A DNA stretch of 64,000 nt from the human T2T-CHM13v2.0 reference genome, Homo sapiens. The notes under the pieces were generated by a model. It was given only the letters and a program-made list of their open reading frames with translations, was not told where the DNA came from and ran no database searches. Positions 1 to 14,000 of this stretch are shown here, in pieces. How positions within the stretch are numbered: position 1 is the stretch's first letter; every line of letters starts with the position of its first letter. The position numbers and the translations under genes are program-made. The stretch lies in the NCBI RefSeq assembly GCF_009914755.1, contig NC_060936.1, one strand, 5' to 3'.

Positions 1-1769
1 AGCAGGTTGAAAACACTCTTTGTAGAATCTGTGAAGAGACATTTGGTAGCCCATTGAGGCCTATGGAGTAAAACTTAATATTCCTTGATACATCTAGAAA
101 GAAGCTATCTGTAAAACTGCTTTATGATGTGTGGTTTCATCTCACAGAGTTAAACTTTTATTTTGATTCAGCAGGTTGGATACACTCTTTTTGTATCATC
201 TGCAAAGGGATATTTTGGAGCCCATTGAGGCCTAAGGGAAAAAACAGAATATCCCCTGATAAAAACTAGAAAGACCCTATCTGTGAAATTGCTTTGTGAT
301 GTGTGGATTCATCACAATGAGTTAAACCTGTCTTTTGATTCAGCAGGTTGGAAACACTCTTTTTGTAGGATTTGCAAAGGGACATTTGGGAGCCCCTTGA
401 GGCATAAAGAAAAAACCTGAATATCTTCAGATAAAAACCAGAAAGAACCTATCTGTGAAACTGCTTTGTGGTGTGTGGATTCATCCCACAGAGTTAAACT
501 TTTTTGTTTTTCAGCAGACTGGAAACACCCTTTTTGAAGAATCTGCAAAGAATCACTGGGGAGCCTATTGAGGCCTATGGGGAAAAGCAGAATATCTCCT
601 GTTAAAAACTAGTAAGAAGTGATCTGTGTAACCCCTTTGTGATGTGTGCATTCACCTCACAGAGTTAAAACTTTCTTTTGATTCAGCAGGTTGGAAACAC
701 TCTTTTTAGGGAATATGTGAAGGGAAACTTAAGAGCATATTGATTCCTATGAGGAAAAAGTGAATACCCCAGATAAAAACTAGAAAGAAGCTATCTGAGA
801 AACTGCTTTGTTTTGTGTGGATTCATCCAACAGAGTTAAAAGTTTCTTTTGATTCAGCAGGTTGGAAACACTCTTTTTGTAGAATATGTGAAGGGACATT
901 TGGGAGCCCATTGAGGTCCATGGGGGAAAACCAAATATCCTCAGATAAAAGCTAGAAACAAGCTGTCTGTGAAACTGCCTTGTTATATGTGGGTTCATCT
1001 CACAGGTTAAAACTTTCTTTTTATTCAGCAGTTTGGAAACACTCTTTTTGTAGAATCAGTGAAGCAACATTTGGGAGTCCATTGAGGCTTATGGGGAAAA
1101 AAAGGATGTCTATCCTCAGATAAAAACTAGCAAGAAGCTATCTGTGAAAGTGCTTTGTGATGTGTGGATTCATCTCACAGAGTTAAACCTTTTTTTGATT
1201 CAGCAGGTTGGAAACAATGTTGAAAGGAGAAGAAAGAGAGATCAGACTGTTACTGTGTCTATGTAGAAAGGGAAGACATAAGAAATTCTATTTTGACCTG
1301 TACTTTGAAAAATTGCTTGGCTGATATGCTGTTAATTTGTAACTTTGCCCCAGCCACTTTGCCCCAGCCACTTTGCCCCAAATTTGAGCTCACAAAAACA
1401 TGTGTTGTATGGAATCAAGGCTTAAGGGATCTAGGTCTGTGCAGGACATGCCTTGTTAACAAAACGTTTACAAGCATTATGTTTGATAAAAGTCATTGTC
1501 ATTCTCTAGTCTCAATAAACCAGGGGCACAATGTACTGTGAAAAGCCACAGGGACCTCAGCCTTGGAAAGCTGGGTATTGTCCCAGGTTTCTCCCCATGT
1601 GATAGTCTTAAATATGGCCTCTTGGGATGAGAAAGACCTGACTATCCCCCAGCTCAACACCTGTATGGGGTCTGTGCTGAGATGGATTAATAAAAGAGAA
1701 AAGCCTCTTGCAGTTGAGATAGAGGATGGTCACTCTCTCCTGCCTGCCCCTAGGAACTGAATGTCTCAG

Positions 1770-1776
1770 TATAAAA
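1770..1776 (+). promoter_or_regulatory. TATA-like box of LTR5A U3
   Basis: TATAAAA in the context GTCTCAGTATAAAACCCGATTGTAC, typical of LTR5. Confidence 0.7.
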
Positions 1777-2061
1777 CCCGATTGTACATTTGTTCAATTC
1801 TGAGATAGGAGAAAAGCTACCCTATGGTGGGAGGCGAGACATAGTGGCAGCAATGCTGCCTTGTTATTCTTCACTCCACTGAGATGTTTGGGCTGAGAGA
1901 AACATAAATCTGACCTATGTGCACATCCACGCATAGTACCTCCCCTTGAACTCAATTATGACATAGATTCTTTTGCTCAGATTTTTTTTGCTGACCTTCT
2001 CCTTATTATCACCCTGCTCTCCTACCACATTCCTCTTGCTGAGAAAATGAAAATAATAATC

Positions 2062-2067
2062 AATAAA
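2062..2067 (+). terminator. Polyadenylation signal of LTR5A
   Basis: AATAAA followed by ..AAGGAACTCAGAG, the expected position in the LTR5 R region. Confidence 0.7.
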
Positions 2068-5000
2068 AACTGAAGGAACTCAGAGACCGGTGCTAGTGCA
2101 GGTCCTTGGTATGCTGAGTGCCAGTCTCCTGGGCCCACTGTTGTTTCTCTGTACGTTGTCTCTGTGTCTTATTTCTTTTCCTAGTCTCTCATCCCACCTG
2201 AGGAGATATGTCCACAGGTGTGGAGGAAAAGGTCACCCCTTCAAATATTTTTGTAGAATCTGTGAAGGGACACTTGAAAACCCATTTAGGCCTATGGGGG
2301 AAAACAGAATATCCCCATATAAAAACTAGAAAGAAGCTATCTGTGAAACTGCTTTGTGATGTGTGGATTCATCTCACTGAGTTAAACCTTTCTTTTTATT
2401 CAGCAGGTTGGAAAAACTCTTCTTGTGTAATCTGCCAAGGGACATTTGGGTGACCTTTCAGGGTTATGTGGAAAAACTGAATATCTTCAGATAAAAAGTA
2501 GAAAAACACTATTTGTGAAACTGCTTTGTGGTGTGTGGATTCATCTAACAGAGTTAAACCTTTCTTTGATTAAGCAGGTTTGAAATACTCTATTTGGAGA
2601 TACTGTGAAGGTACATTTGGGAGCCCATTTTGTCCTAAGAAGAAAAACCCAATAACCCCTGATGAAAAGTAGAAAGAAGCTATCTGTGAAACTCCTTTGT
2701 TATGTGAGGGTTCATTTCACAGAGTTAAACCGTTCTTTTGATCCAGCAGGTTGGAAACCCTCTTATTGCAGGACCTGCAAAGAGGTATTTGGGAGCCCAT
2801 TGAGACCTATGGGGAAAAACTGAATATTTCCAGAAAAAAAACTAAATAGAAGCTATCTTTGAAACTACATTGTGATTTGTTGATTCATCTCACAGAGTTA
2901 AACTTTTTTTGATTCAGCAGGTTGGAAACACTCTTTTTGAAGAATCTGCAAAGAGACACTTTGGAGCCTATTGAGGCCTATTAGGAAAAAATGAATATTT
3001 CCAGGTAAACCAGAAAGAAGCTATGTGTGATACTGCTTTGATATCTGTGGATTCCCCTCACAGAGTTAAACTTTTTTTTTTTTCTTCAGCAGTTTGGAAA
3101 CACTCTTTTTGAAGAATCTGTGAAGAAACATTTGGGAGCCCATTGAGGCCAATTGGGAATAACCAAATATCTCCAGATGAAAACAAGAAAAATATTCTCT
3201 GTGTAACTGCTTTGTGATGTGTGGATTCACCTCACAGATTTAAAACTTTCTTTTGATTCAGCAGGTTGGAAACACTCTTTTTGGAGAATCTGCAAAGGGA
3301 CATTTAAGAGGCCTTTGAGTTCTATGGGGAAAACCAAATATCAACAGATAAAACCTAGAAAGAAGGCCTCTGTGAAACTCCTTTGTTTGTGAGGATTCAT
3401 CTCAAAGACTTAAAACTTTCTTTTGATTCAGGAGGTTGGAAACCCTCTTTTTGGAGAATCTGCAAATAAACATTTGGGAGCCCATTGTTGCCTATCTGGA
3501 AATACTGAATATCTTCTGAAAAAAACTAGAAAGAAGCTTTCTTTGAAACTGCTTTGCGATGTGTGGATTCATCACAAAGAGTTAAACCTTTCTTTTGATT
3601 CAGCAGGTTGGAAAAACTATTTTTGTAGAATCTGCAAAAAGACATTTGGGAGCCCATTGAAGCATCAGGAAAAAAACTGAATATCTTCAGATAAAAATTA
3701 GAAAGAACCTATCTGTAAAATTGCTTTGTGATTTGTGATTCCTCCTGCAGAGTTAAACTTTTTTTTTTAATTCAGCAGATTGGAAACACCCTTTTTGGAG
3801 AATCTATGAAGAAACATTTTGGAGCCTATTGAGGCCCATAGGGAAAAGCAAAATATCTCCAGTTAAAAACTAGTAAGAAACTATCTGTGTAACCGCTTTG
3901 TGATGTGTGGATTCACCTCACAGAGTTAAACCCTTCTTTTGATTCAACATTTTGGAAACATTATTTTTGTAGAATCTGCGAAGGTACATTTAGGAGCCTT
4001 TGGAGGACTATCAGGAAAAAACAAATATCCCCATATAAAAACTAGAAAGAAACTATCTGAGAAACTGATTCATTATGTGTGGATTCATCTCATAGAGGTA
4101 AAGATTTCTTTTCACTCACCAAGTTGGAAACACTCTTTTTGTAGAAACCATAAAGGGACATTGGGAGCCCATTGTGGCCTATGGGGAAAAACGAAATATC
4201 CCCAGTTAAAAAGTGGAAGGAAGCCATCTGCACAACTGCTTAGTTATGTGTGGATTCATCTCATAGTGTTAAATATTTCCTTTGATTCAGCAGGCTTGGA
4301 AACACTCTTTTTGTACAATCTGCAAAGGAATATTTGGAGCCCACCGAGGCCCAAGGGGAAAAACAGAATATCCCCAATAAAGAGTAGAAAGAAGATATCT
4401 GTGAAACTGCTTTGTGATGTATGGATTCATCTCACAGAGTTAAACTTTTCTTTTGATTCAGCAGGTGGGAATCACTCTTTTTATATAATCTGAGGGAAGA
4501 AATGTGGGAGCCCATTGAGGCCCTTGGGAAACAAAGGAATATCCCCAGATGAAAACTAGAAAGAAGCTACCTGTGAGCCTGCTTTGTTATATGTGGATTC
4601 CTCATACAGAGTTGAAACTTTCTTTTGACTCAACAGGTTGGAAACACTCTTTTTGTAGAATCTGCAAAGGAACATTTGGGAGCCCATTGAGGCCTATGGA
4701 AAAAAAAACTAATATCCCCATATAAAAAGTAGAGGAAAGCTATCTGTGCAACTGTTTAGTAATGTGTGGATTCATCTCACAGAGTTAAACCTTTCTTTTT
4801 ATTCAGCAGGTTAGAAAAACTCTTTTTGTTCCATCTGTGATGAGACATGTGGAGCCCATTGAGGCCTATGGAGAAAAAAATATTATAACCAATAAAAAAA
4901 GAAAGAAGATATCTGTCAATCTGCTTTGCAATGTGTGGATTCATGTCACAGAGTTAAACTTTTCTTTTAATTCAACGGGTTGGAAACACTCTTTTTATAG

Positions 5001-8000
5001 AATCTGTGAGGGGAAATTTGGGAGCCCTTTTAGGCCCTTGGGGAAGCACAGAATATCCCCAGATAAAAACTAGGAAGAAGCTATCTATGAAATTTCTTTG
5101 TGATGCGTGGATTTATCTCACAGACATAAATCTTCTTTTGATTTGCCACATTGGAAACACTGTTTTTGGAGAATCTGAGAAGCAACATTTAGGAGCACAC
5201 TGAGTCATATTGGGAAAAACAAAATATCCCCAGATAACTAGAAACAAGCTATCTGTGAGACTGCTTTGTGATGTGTGGATTCATCTCACAGAGTTAAACC
5301 TTTCTTTTAATACAGCAGGTTAGGGACACTCCTTTCAGAGAATCTGCTGAGGGACATTTCTGACCCCATTGAGGCTTATGGGAAAAAAACAGAATATTTA
5401 CAGATAAAAGCTAGAAAGAATCTATCTGTCATACTGCTTTGTGATTTGTGAATTCATCACAGAGAGTTAAACCTGTCTTTTGATTCAGCAGGTTGTAAAA
5501 ACTCTTTTTGTAGATTTTGTGAAGGGACAAAAGCCCACTGTGGTCTCTAAGGAAAAATGGAATGTCTCCAGTAAAAAAGTAGAGAGAAACTATCTGTGAA
5601 TCTGTTTTCTGATGTGTAGATTCACCTCACCAAGTAAAACCTTTCTTTTGATTCAGCAGGTTGGAAATATTCTTTTTGAAAAATCTGCAAGGGGGCATTT
5701 TGAAGCCCATTGTGGCCTATGGAGGAAGATTGGATATCTCCACATAAAAATTAGAAAGAACCTATCTGAGATACTTCTGTGTGATGTGTTGATTCATCTC
5801 ACAGAGTTAGACCTTTCTTTTGATTCAGCATGTTGAAAACACTCTATTTAAAGAATCTGCAAAGGGACATTTGGGAGCCTTTTGAGGCCTATGGAGTAAA
5901 ACTGAATATCCCCACATAAAAACTAGAAAGAAGATATCTGTGAAACTGCTTTGTGATGTATGGATTCATCTTGCAGAGTTTAACCTTTCTTTTTATTCAG
6001 CCTGTTGGAAGTACTCTTTTCAGAGAATCTGCAAATGGACATTTTGGAACTCATTGAGGTCTACAGTGAAAAAATGAATATCCCCAGATATAAACAAGAA
6101 TGAAGCTATTTGTGAGACAGTTTTGTGATGTGTGGATTCATCCAACAGAGTTAAACCTTTCTTTTGATTCTTCAGGTTGGAAATATTCTTTTTGGAGAAT
6201 CTATGAAGGGACATTTGGGAGCCCATTTTGGCCTATGGGGAAAATACGAATATCCCCAGATTAAAAACTAGAAGGAAGCTATCTGTGCAACTGCTTAGTT
6301 ATGTGTCGATATGCCTCACAGATATAAACCTTTCTTTTCATTCAGAAGGTTGGAAATGCTCTTTTTGTACAATCTGCAAAGAAACGTTGGCAGCCCATTG
6401 AGGACTATGGGGAAAAACCAAACTTCCCAATAAAAAATAGAAAAAAGATAGCTGTGAAACTGCTTGCAATGTATGGCTTCATCTCAAAGACTTAAATTTT
6501 TCTTCAAATTCAGCAGGTTGGAAACACTCTTCTTGTAGAATCTGCAAAGGGAAATTTGGGAGCCCATTGATGCCCATGGAGAAAATTGGAATACCCCCAG
6601 AAAAATGTTAGAAAGAAGCTATCTTTGAAACTGTTTTGTTATGTGTGGATTCATCACACAGAGTTGAAACTTTCTTTTGATTCAGCAGGTTAGAAACACT
6701 CCTTTTGTAGAATCTGCAAAGAGACATTTGGGAGCCCATTTAGGCCTATGGGGAAAAAGCAAATATTCCCAGATAAAAACTAGAAAGAAGCTATCTGTAA
6801 AACTGCTTTGTGATGTGGGAATTCATCACACAGAGTTATACCTTTGTCTTGGTTCAGCTGGTTGGAAACACTCTTTTTGTAGAATTTCTCAAGGGACATT
6901 TTGGAACCCATTGAGGTCTATGGGGAAAAACCTAATATCCACAGATAAAAACTAGAAAGAAACTATCTGTGATACTGATTTTTGATGTGTGGATTCATCT
7001 ACTAGAGTTAAAACTTTTTTTTATTCAGCAGGTTGGAAACACTCTATTTGAAGAATCTGCGAAGGGACATTTGAAAGCCCATTGAGGCCTATGAAGAAAA
7101 AATGGAATATCCCCAGATAAAACCTGGAAGGAAACTATCTGTGAATGTGCTTTGTGATGTGTGCATTAATCTCAACAAGTTAAACTTTATTTTGATTAAC
7201 CAGGTGGAAACACTCTTTTTGGAGAATCTTAGAGCTGACATTTGGGAGTCCACTGAGGCCTATGGGGAAAAACAGAGTAGCCCCAGATAAAAACCAGAAA
7301 GCATCTAAATGTGAAACTGCTTTGTCATGTGTGGATTCCTCTCACACAGACAGACCTTTCTTTTGATTCAGCAGGTTGAAATCGCTCTATTTAAGGAATC
7401 TGTGAAGGGATATTTGGGAGCCCATTGAGTTCTATGGTGTAAAACAGAATATCCCATATAAATACTAGAAAGAAACTATGTTTGAAAATGCTTTGTAATA
7501 TATGGATTCATCTCACAGAGTTTAACTTTTCTTTTGGTTCAGCCTGTTGAAACACTCTTTTTAGAGAATCTAAAAAGGGACATTTGGGAGCTCATTGGGG
7601 CCAATGTGGAAAAACAGAATATCCCCAGGTAAAAATTAGAAAGGTGCTATCTGTGAAACTGCCTTGTAATGTGTGGATTCATCTCCCAAGTTTCAACCTT
7701 TCTTTTGATTTAGCTAGTTGGAAACACTCTTTCTGGAGAATCTGCAAAGGGACATTTGGGAGCCCATTGGGGCCTACGGGAGAAACTAAATATCCCCAGA
7801 TAAAAATAAGACAGAAGCTATCTGTGAAACAGCATTGTGATGTGTGGATTCAGCTCAAAAAGTTAAAAGTTTCTTTAGATTTGGCAGGTTGGAAACAGTC
7901 TTTTTGGAGAATCTGTGATGGGACATTTTGGAGCTAATTGAATCCTAAGGGGAAAAACTGAATATGCCCAAATAAAAACTAGAAAGAAGCTATCTGTGAA

Positions 8001-11000
8001 ACTGCTTTGTGACATGTGGATTCAGTCACAGAGTGAAACCTTTCTTTTATTCAGCACGTTGGGAAACACTCTCTTTGGATATTCTGTGAAGGGACATTTT
8101 AGAGCCCACTGAGGCCTATTGGGAAAAACTGAATATCCCTAGGTAAAAACTAGAAAGTAGCTATGGGTGAAACTGCTTTGTGATGTGGAGTCATCTCACA
8201 GAGTTAAACCTGTCTTTTGATTCAGAAGGTTGAAAATGCTCTTTTTGGAGAATCTGCAAAGGGACATTTGGGGGCCCATTGAGGGCTACGTGCAAAAACT
8301 GAATATTGTCAGAAAAAAACTAGAAAGAAGCTATTTGTAAAACTGCTTTGTGATGTGTGGATTCATCTCACGGAGTTAAACCATTCTTTTGATTCAGCAG
8401 GTTGGTAACACTCTTTTTGGAGTATCTGCAAAGTGAAATTTTGGAGTCTATTGAGGTGTTTGAGAAAAAACTAATATCCTTATATAAAAACTAGAAAGAC
8501 GCTATCGGTAAAACTGCTTAGTGAAGTGTGGATTCATCTCACAGAGTTAAACCTTTCTTTTGATCCAGCAGGTTGGAAACACTCTTTTTTGTGAATCTGT
8601 GAAGTAACATTTTGGAGCCCATTGAGGCCTATGTGGAAAAACCGAATATCCCCAGGTAAAAACAAGAAAGCAGCTACCTGTGAAACTTCTGTGTGATGGG
8701 TGGATTCATCTCACAGAGTTAAATGATTCTTTTGATTCAGCAGGTTGGAAACACTCTTTCTAGAGAATCTGCAAAGGGACTTTTGGGAACCCGCTGAGGT
8801 CTATTGAGAAAATTTAATATATCCAGATAAAAACTAGAAAGAAGCTATCTCTGAAACTGCTTTGTGATGTCTGGTTTTGTCTCTCAGAATGAAACCTTAC
8901 CTTTGATTCAGCAGATTGGACGCTCTCCTTTTGGAAAATCTGTGAAGGAACATTTGGTAGCCCATTTGGTAGCCCTATGGGGAAAAGCTGTATATTGTCA
9001 TTCTTAAACTAGAATGAATCTATCTGTAAAACTGCTTTGTCATGTGTGGATTCATCTCACAGAGTTAAAACTGTCTATTGATTCAGCAATTTTGAAGTAC
9101 TCTCTTTGGAGAATCTACAAAGGGCATATGGGGGCCAATTGAGGCCTATGAATCAAATTGAATATCCCCAGATCAAAACTAGAAAGAAACTCTTTGAAAA
9201 AGCTTTGTGATGTGTGGATTCATCTCACTGTGTTAAACCTTTCTTTTGATTCAGTGGGTTGGAAATCTATTTGGGGAGAATCTGTGAAGGGAAATTTTGT
9301 AGTGTATTGAGTCCTGTTTGAAAAAATGGAATATCCCTTGATAAAAACTAGAAAGAAGCTATCTGTGAAACTGTTTTGTGATGTGTGGATTCTTCACACA
9401 GAAATAAACCATCCTTTTGACTCATCATGTTGGAAACACTCTTTTTGGAGAATATGCAACTGGACATTTGGGAGCCCATTGAAGCCTAAGGGGGAAAACT
9501 GAATATTCCCGGATAAAAACTAGAAAGAAGTTATCTGTGAAACTGCTTTGTGCTGTGTGGATTCATCATCAAGATTTAAAACTTTCTTTTGATTCAGCAG
9601 GTTGGAAACACTCCTTTTGGAGAATAGGTGAAGGTATATTTGGAAGCCCATTGAGGCCTAAGAGGAAAAACAGAATATCCCCAGATAAAAAGTACAAAGA
9701 ATATATCTGTGAAACTGCTTTGTGATGAGTGGATTCATCTCACACAGGTAAACCTTTCTATTGATTCAACAGGTTGGAAACACTGTTTTTGTACAATCTG
9801 TGAGGGGACATTTGGGAGCCCATTGAGGCCGGTTGAGAAAAAATGAATATCCCCAGATAAAAACTAGAAAGAAGCTATCTGTGAAACTCCTTTGTAGTGT
9901 GTGGATTCATCTCATAGAGGTATATCTTTCTTTTGATAAAGCAGGTTGGAAACATTTTATTTGGAGAAGCTGTGAAGGGACATTTGAAAGCCCATTGATG
10001 CCAATGGGGAAAAACTGAATATCCCCAGATAAAAACTATAAAGAAGCTATCTGTGAATCTGCTTTTTGATATTTGGATTAATCTCACAGAGTTAAACCTT
10101 TTTTTTTAATTCAGCAGGTTGGAAACACCCTTATTGAAAATCTGTAGAGGGACGTTTCAGAGTCCATTGAGGCCTATGGGGAAAAACTGAATATTCCCAG
10201 ATAAAGACTAGAAAGAAGCTATCTGTGAAATTGCTTTGTGATGTGTGGTCTCATCACAAAGAGCTAAACCTTTCTTTTGATTCAGCAGGTTGGGAAACAC
10301 TTTTTTTATAGAATTTGCAATTGGCCATTTTTGAGCTCATTGAGGCCTACGAGGAAAAAGAGAATATCCCCAGATAAAAACTAGAAAGAAGCTATCTGTG
10401 AAACTCCTTTCTGATGTGTGAATTCATCTCACAGAGTTAAACTTTCCTTCTGATTCGTTAGGTTGGAAAAGCTTTTTTTTGGAGAATCTGTGAAGGGACA
10501 TTTCAGAATCCATTGAGGCTGATGAGGAAAAACAGAATATCCACAGATAAAAACTAGAAAGAAGCTGTCTGGAAAACTGCTTTGTGATGTGTGGATTCAT
10601 GTCAAGTGTGAAAGTTTTTTTTTTTTTTTTTTTAATTCAGCAGGTTGGAAACTCTCTCTTTGGAGATTCTGCAAATGGACCTTTTAGAGCCCATTGAAGC
10701 CTACTGGGAAAAATCGAGTATCCCCAGATAAAAACTAGAGAGAATCTATCTGTGAAACTGCTTTGTGATGTATGGATTCATCTCACAGAGTTAAACCTTT
10801 CTTTTGATTCAGCAGGTTGGAAATGCTGTTTTTGGAGAATCTGCTAAGGGACATTTAGGAGCCCATTGATTCCTATGTGAAAAAAACAAATATCCTCAGA
10901 TAAATACTAGAAAGAAGATATTTGTGAAACTGCTTTGTGATGTGAGGATTCATCTCACTGAGATAAACCATTCTTTTGATTCAGCTGGTTGGAAACACTC

Positions 11001-14000
11001 TTTTTGGACTATCTGCAAAGGGATATTTGAGAGCCCATTGAGGCATATGGGGAAAATCTGTATATCCTAATATTAAAAGTAGAAAGAAGCTATCTGTGAA
11101 ACTGCTTTGTGATGTGTGGATTCATCTTACAGAGTTAAACCTTTCTTTTAATTCAGTAGGTTGGAAGCACTCTTTTTGGAGACATTGTGAAGGAATGTTT
11201 GGGAGCCCACTGAGGCCTATGTAGAAAACCCAAATATCCCAAGATAAAAACTAGAAAGCAGCTATCTGTGAAACTGCTTTGTTATGTGTGGATTCATCTC
11301 ACAGAGTTAATCCTTGCTTTTGATTCAGAAGGTTGGAAACACTCTTTTTGGAGAATCTGTGAAGGGACATTTGGGAGCCCATTGCAGCCTATGGGGAAAA
11401 AAGGAATATCCCCATTCATAAACTAGATAGAAGCTCTCTGTGAAACTGCTTTGTTATGTGTGGATTCATATCACAGAGTTAAACTGTTCTTTTGATTCAG
11501 CAGGTTGGAAACACTCTTTGGAGAATCTGCAAAGGGATATTTTGGAGCCCATTGAGGCATATGAGGAAAACCTAATATCCTCAGATAAAAACAGACAGAA
11601 ACTATCTCTGAAACTGCTTTGTGAAATCTGGATTCATCTCACAGAGTTAAACCTTTGATTCTACAGGTTGGGAACACTCATTTTAGAGAATCTACAAAGG
11701 GACATATTAAAGCCCATTGAGGCCTGTGGGGAAAAGCCAAATATTCTCATTCATAAACTAGAATGAAGCTATCTGTCAAACTACTTTGTCATTTGTGCAT
11801 TCATCTCACAGAGTTAAAACTTTCTTTTGATTCAGTATGTTGGAAACACTCCTTTGGAGAATCTACAAAGGGCATTTGGGAGCCAGTTTGAAGCCTATGC
11901 ATCAAACTGAGTATCCTCAGATCTAAAATAGAAAGAAGTTATCTGTGAAACTGCTTTGTGATGTATGGACTCATCCCACAGTGTTAAACCTTTATTTTGA
12001 TTCAGCTAGTTGGAAAACTCTTTTTGAAGAATCTGTGAAGGGACATTTGGAAGCCTATTGATGCCTATTCAGACAAATGGAATATCCTCTGATGAAAACT
12101 AGAAAAAAGCTATCTGTAAAACTGTTTTGTGATGTTTGGATTCATCTCACAGAGGTAAACCTTTCTTTTGATTCATCAGGTTGGAAACAGTCTTTTTGGA
12201 GAATCTGCAACTGGGCTTTTGGGAGCCCATTGAAACCTAAGGGGAAAAACTGAATAGTCCCAGATAAAAACTAGGAAGAGGCTATCTGTAAAACTGTTTT
12301 GTGATGTGTGGATTCATCTCACAGAATTAAACCCTTCTTTTGATTCATCAGGTTTGAAACACTTCTTTTGTAGAATCTGCAAAGGGACATTTGGGAGCCC
12401 ATTTTGGTCTATGTATAAAAACCAAATATCCCCAGATAAATACTAGAAAGAAGCTATTTGTGTAACTGCTTTGTTATGTCTGGATTTTACTCACAGACTT
12501 TAAACATTTTTTTTTTTATTCAGCAGGATGGAAACAGCCTTTTGGTAGCATCAGTGAAGAGACATTTGGGAGTACATTGAGGCCTACAGTGACAAACTGA
12601 ATAACCCCAGATAAAAGCTAGAAATAAGCTATCTGTGAAACTGCTTTGTGATGTGTGGATTCATCTCACAAAGTTAAATCTTTCTTTTGATTCAGTAGGT
12701 TATAAACACTCCTTTTGTAGGATCTGTAAAGGGCCTTTTCTCAACCGTCTGAGGCCTATTACGAAAACAGAAAATTTCACAATAAAAACTAAAAAAAAAA
12801 AAAAAATCTGTCTGTGAAACTGCTTTGTAATGTGTGGATTAATCTCACAAAGTTAAATCTTTCTTTTGATTCAGCAAATTGGAAACACTGTTTTTGTTGC
12901 ATCTGTGAAAGTACATTTCAAAGCCCACTAGGCATATAGTTAAAAACCAAATATAAAGAGAAAACTCTGGGAATAAGCTATCTTTGAAATTGCTTTGTGA
13001 TGTCTGCATTTGGCTCACAGTCTTAAACATTTCTTTTCATTCAGTGGGTTGGAAACATTCTTTTTCTAAAATCTGGGAAGGGATATTTTTGAGCCCACTG
13101 AAGCCTATAGTGAAAACTGAATATCTTGTAATAAAAACTAGAAAGAAGTTATCTGTGAAACCACTTTGTGATGTGTGGATTCAGCTCACAGAGTTAAACA
13201 TTTCTTTAGTTTCAGCAGGTTGGTAACTCTCTTTTTGTAGAATCTAAGAACCAACATTGAAAAACCCACTGAGGCCTACAGTGAAATCCAAATATCTTTC
13301 AATAAAAACTAGAAAGAAACTATCTGTGAAACTGATTGGTGATATGTGGATTCAGCTCACAGAGTTAAATCTCTCTTTTGATTCATCAGGTTGGAAACAC
13401 TCCTTTGTAGAATATGTGAAGGGACATTTCAAAATGCACTGAGGCCTGTAGTGTGAAACAGAATATCACACAATAAAAACTAAGAAGAATGTATCAGTGA
13501 AACTGCTTTGTGATGGATGAATTCAGCTCAGAGAGTTAAACCATTCTTTTGATTCAGCAGTTTGGAAACCCTTTTGGTAGAATCTGCGAAGGGACATTTC
13601 AAAGTGCACTGAGGCCTATAATGAGAAAGAGAATATCCTACTATAAAAATTAGAAAGAAATATCTGTGAAACTGTTTGTGATGAATGAATTCAGCCCACA
13701 GGATTAAACCTTTCTTTAGAATCAGCAGGTTGGCGACACACTTTTTGTAGATTCTGTGAGAGGATATTTTGGAGCATACTGAGGCAAATAGTGAAAATGG
13801 AATATCCCACAATAAAAACTACAAGGAAGCTATCTGTGAAACTACTTTGTGATTTGTGGATGCAGCTCATAAATTAATACTTTCTTTTGATTCAGTAGGT
13901 TGGAAACACTTTTTTTGTAGAATCTGCGAAGTGACATTTTGGAACGTGTGGAGGCCTATAGTGAAAACCTGAATATCCTGTGATAAAAACTAGAGAGAAT

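Larger units (their letters stand above)
1221..2243 (+). mobile_element. Solo HERV-K(HML-2) LTR, LTR5A-like
   Basis: 1023 bp, begins TG..AGAAAGAGAGATCAGACTGTTACTGTGTCTATGTAGAAAG and ends CACCCCTTCA. (ACTTTGCCCCAGCC)x~3 at 1342-1380. 5-bp TSD AATGT (1216-1220) / AATAT (2244-2248); removing LTR plus one TSD restores the alpha register. Confidence 0.93.
1..12560 (+). repeat. Ancient diverged alpha satellite, variant 1 (~172-bp monomers; interrupted by LTR5A at 1221-2243)
   Basis: Tandem monomers near CTATCTGTGAAACTGCTTTGTGATGTGTGGATTCATCTCACAGAGTTAAACCTTTCTTTTGATTCAGCAGGTTGGAAACACTCTTTTT..GGGACATTTGGGAGCCCATTGAGGCCTATGGGGAAAAA..TATCCCCAGATAAAAACTAGAAAGAAG. CTGTG anchor at 11094, 11266, 11438 gives a 172-bp period. 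Confidence 0.97.

Noticed and set aside
1221-2243. SVA element or LTR-encoded proteins
   Set aside because: No hexamer, VNTR or poly(A); complete TG..CA LTR with short TSD; ORFs are incidental.
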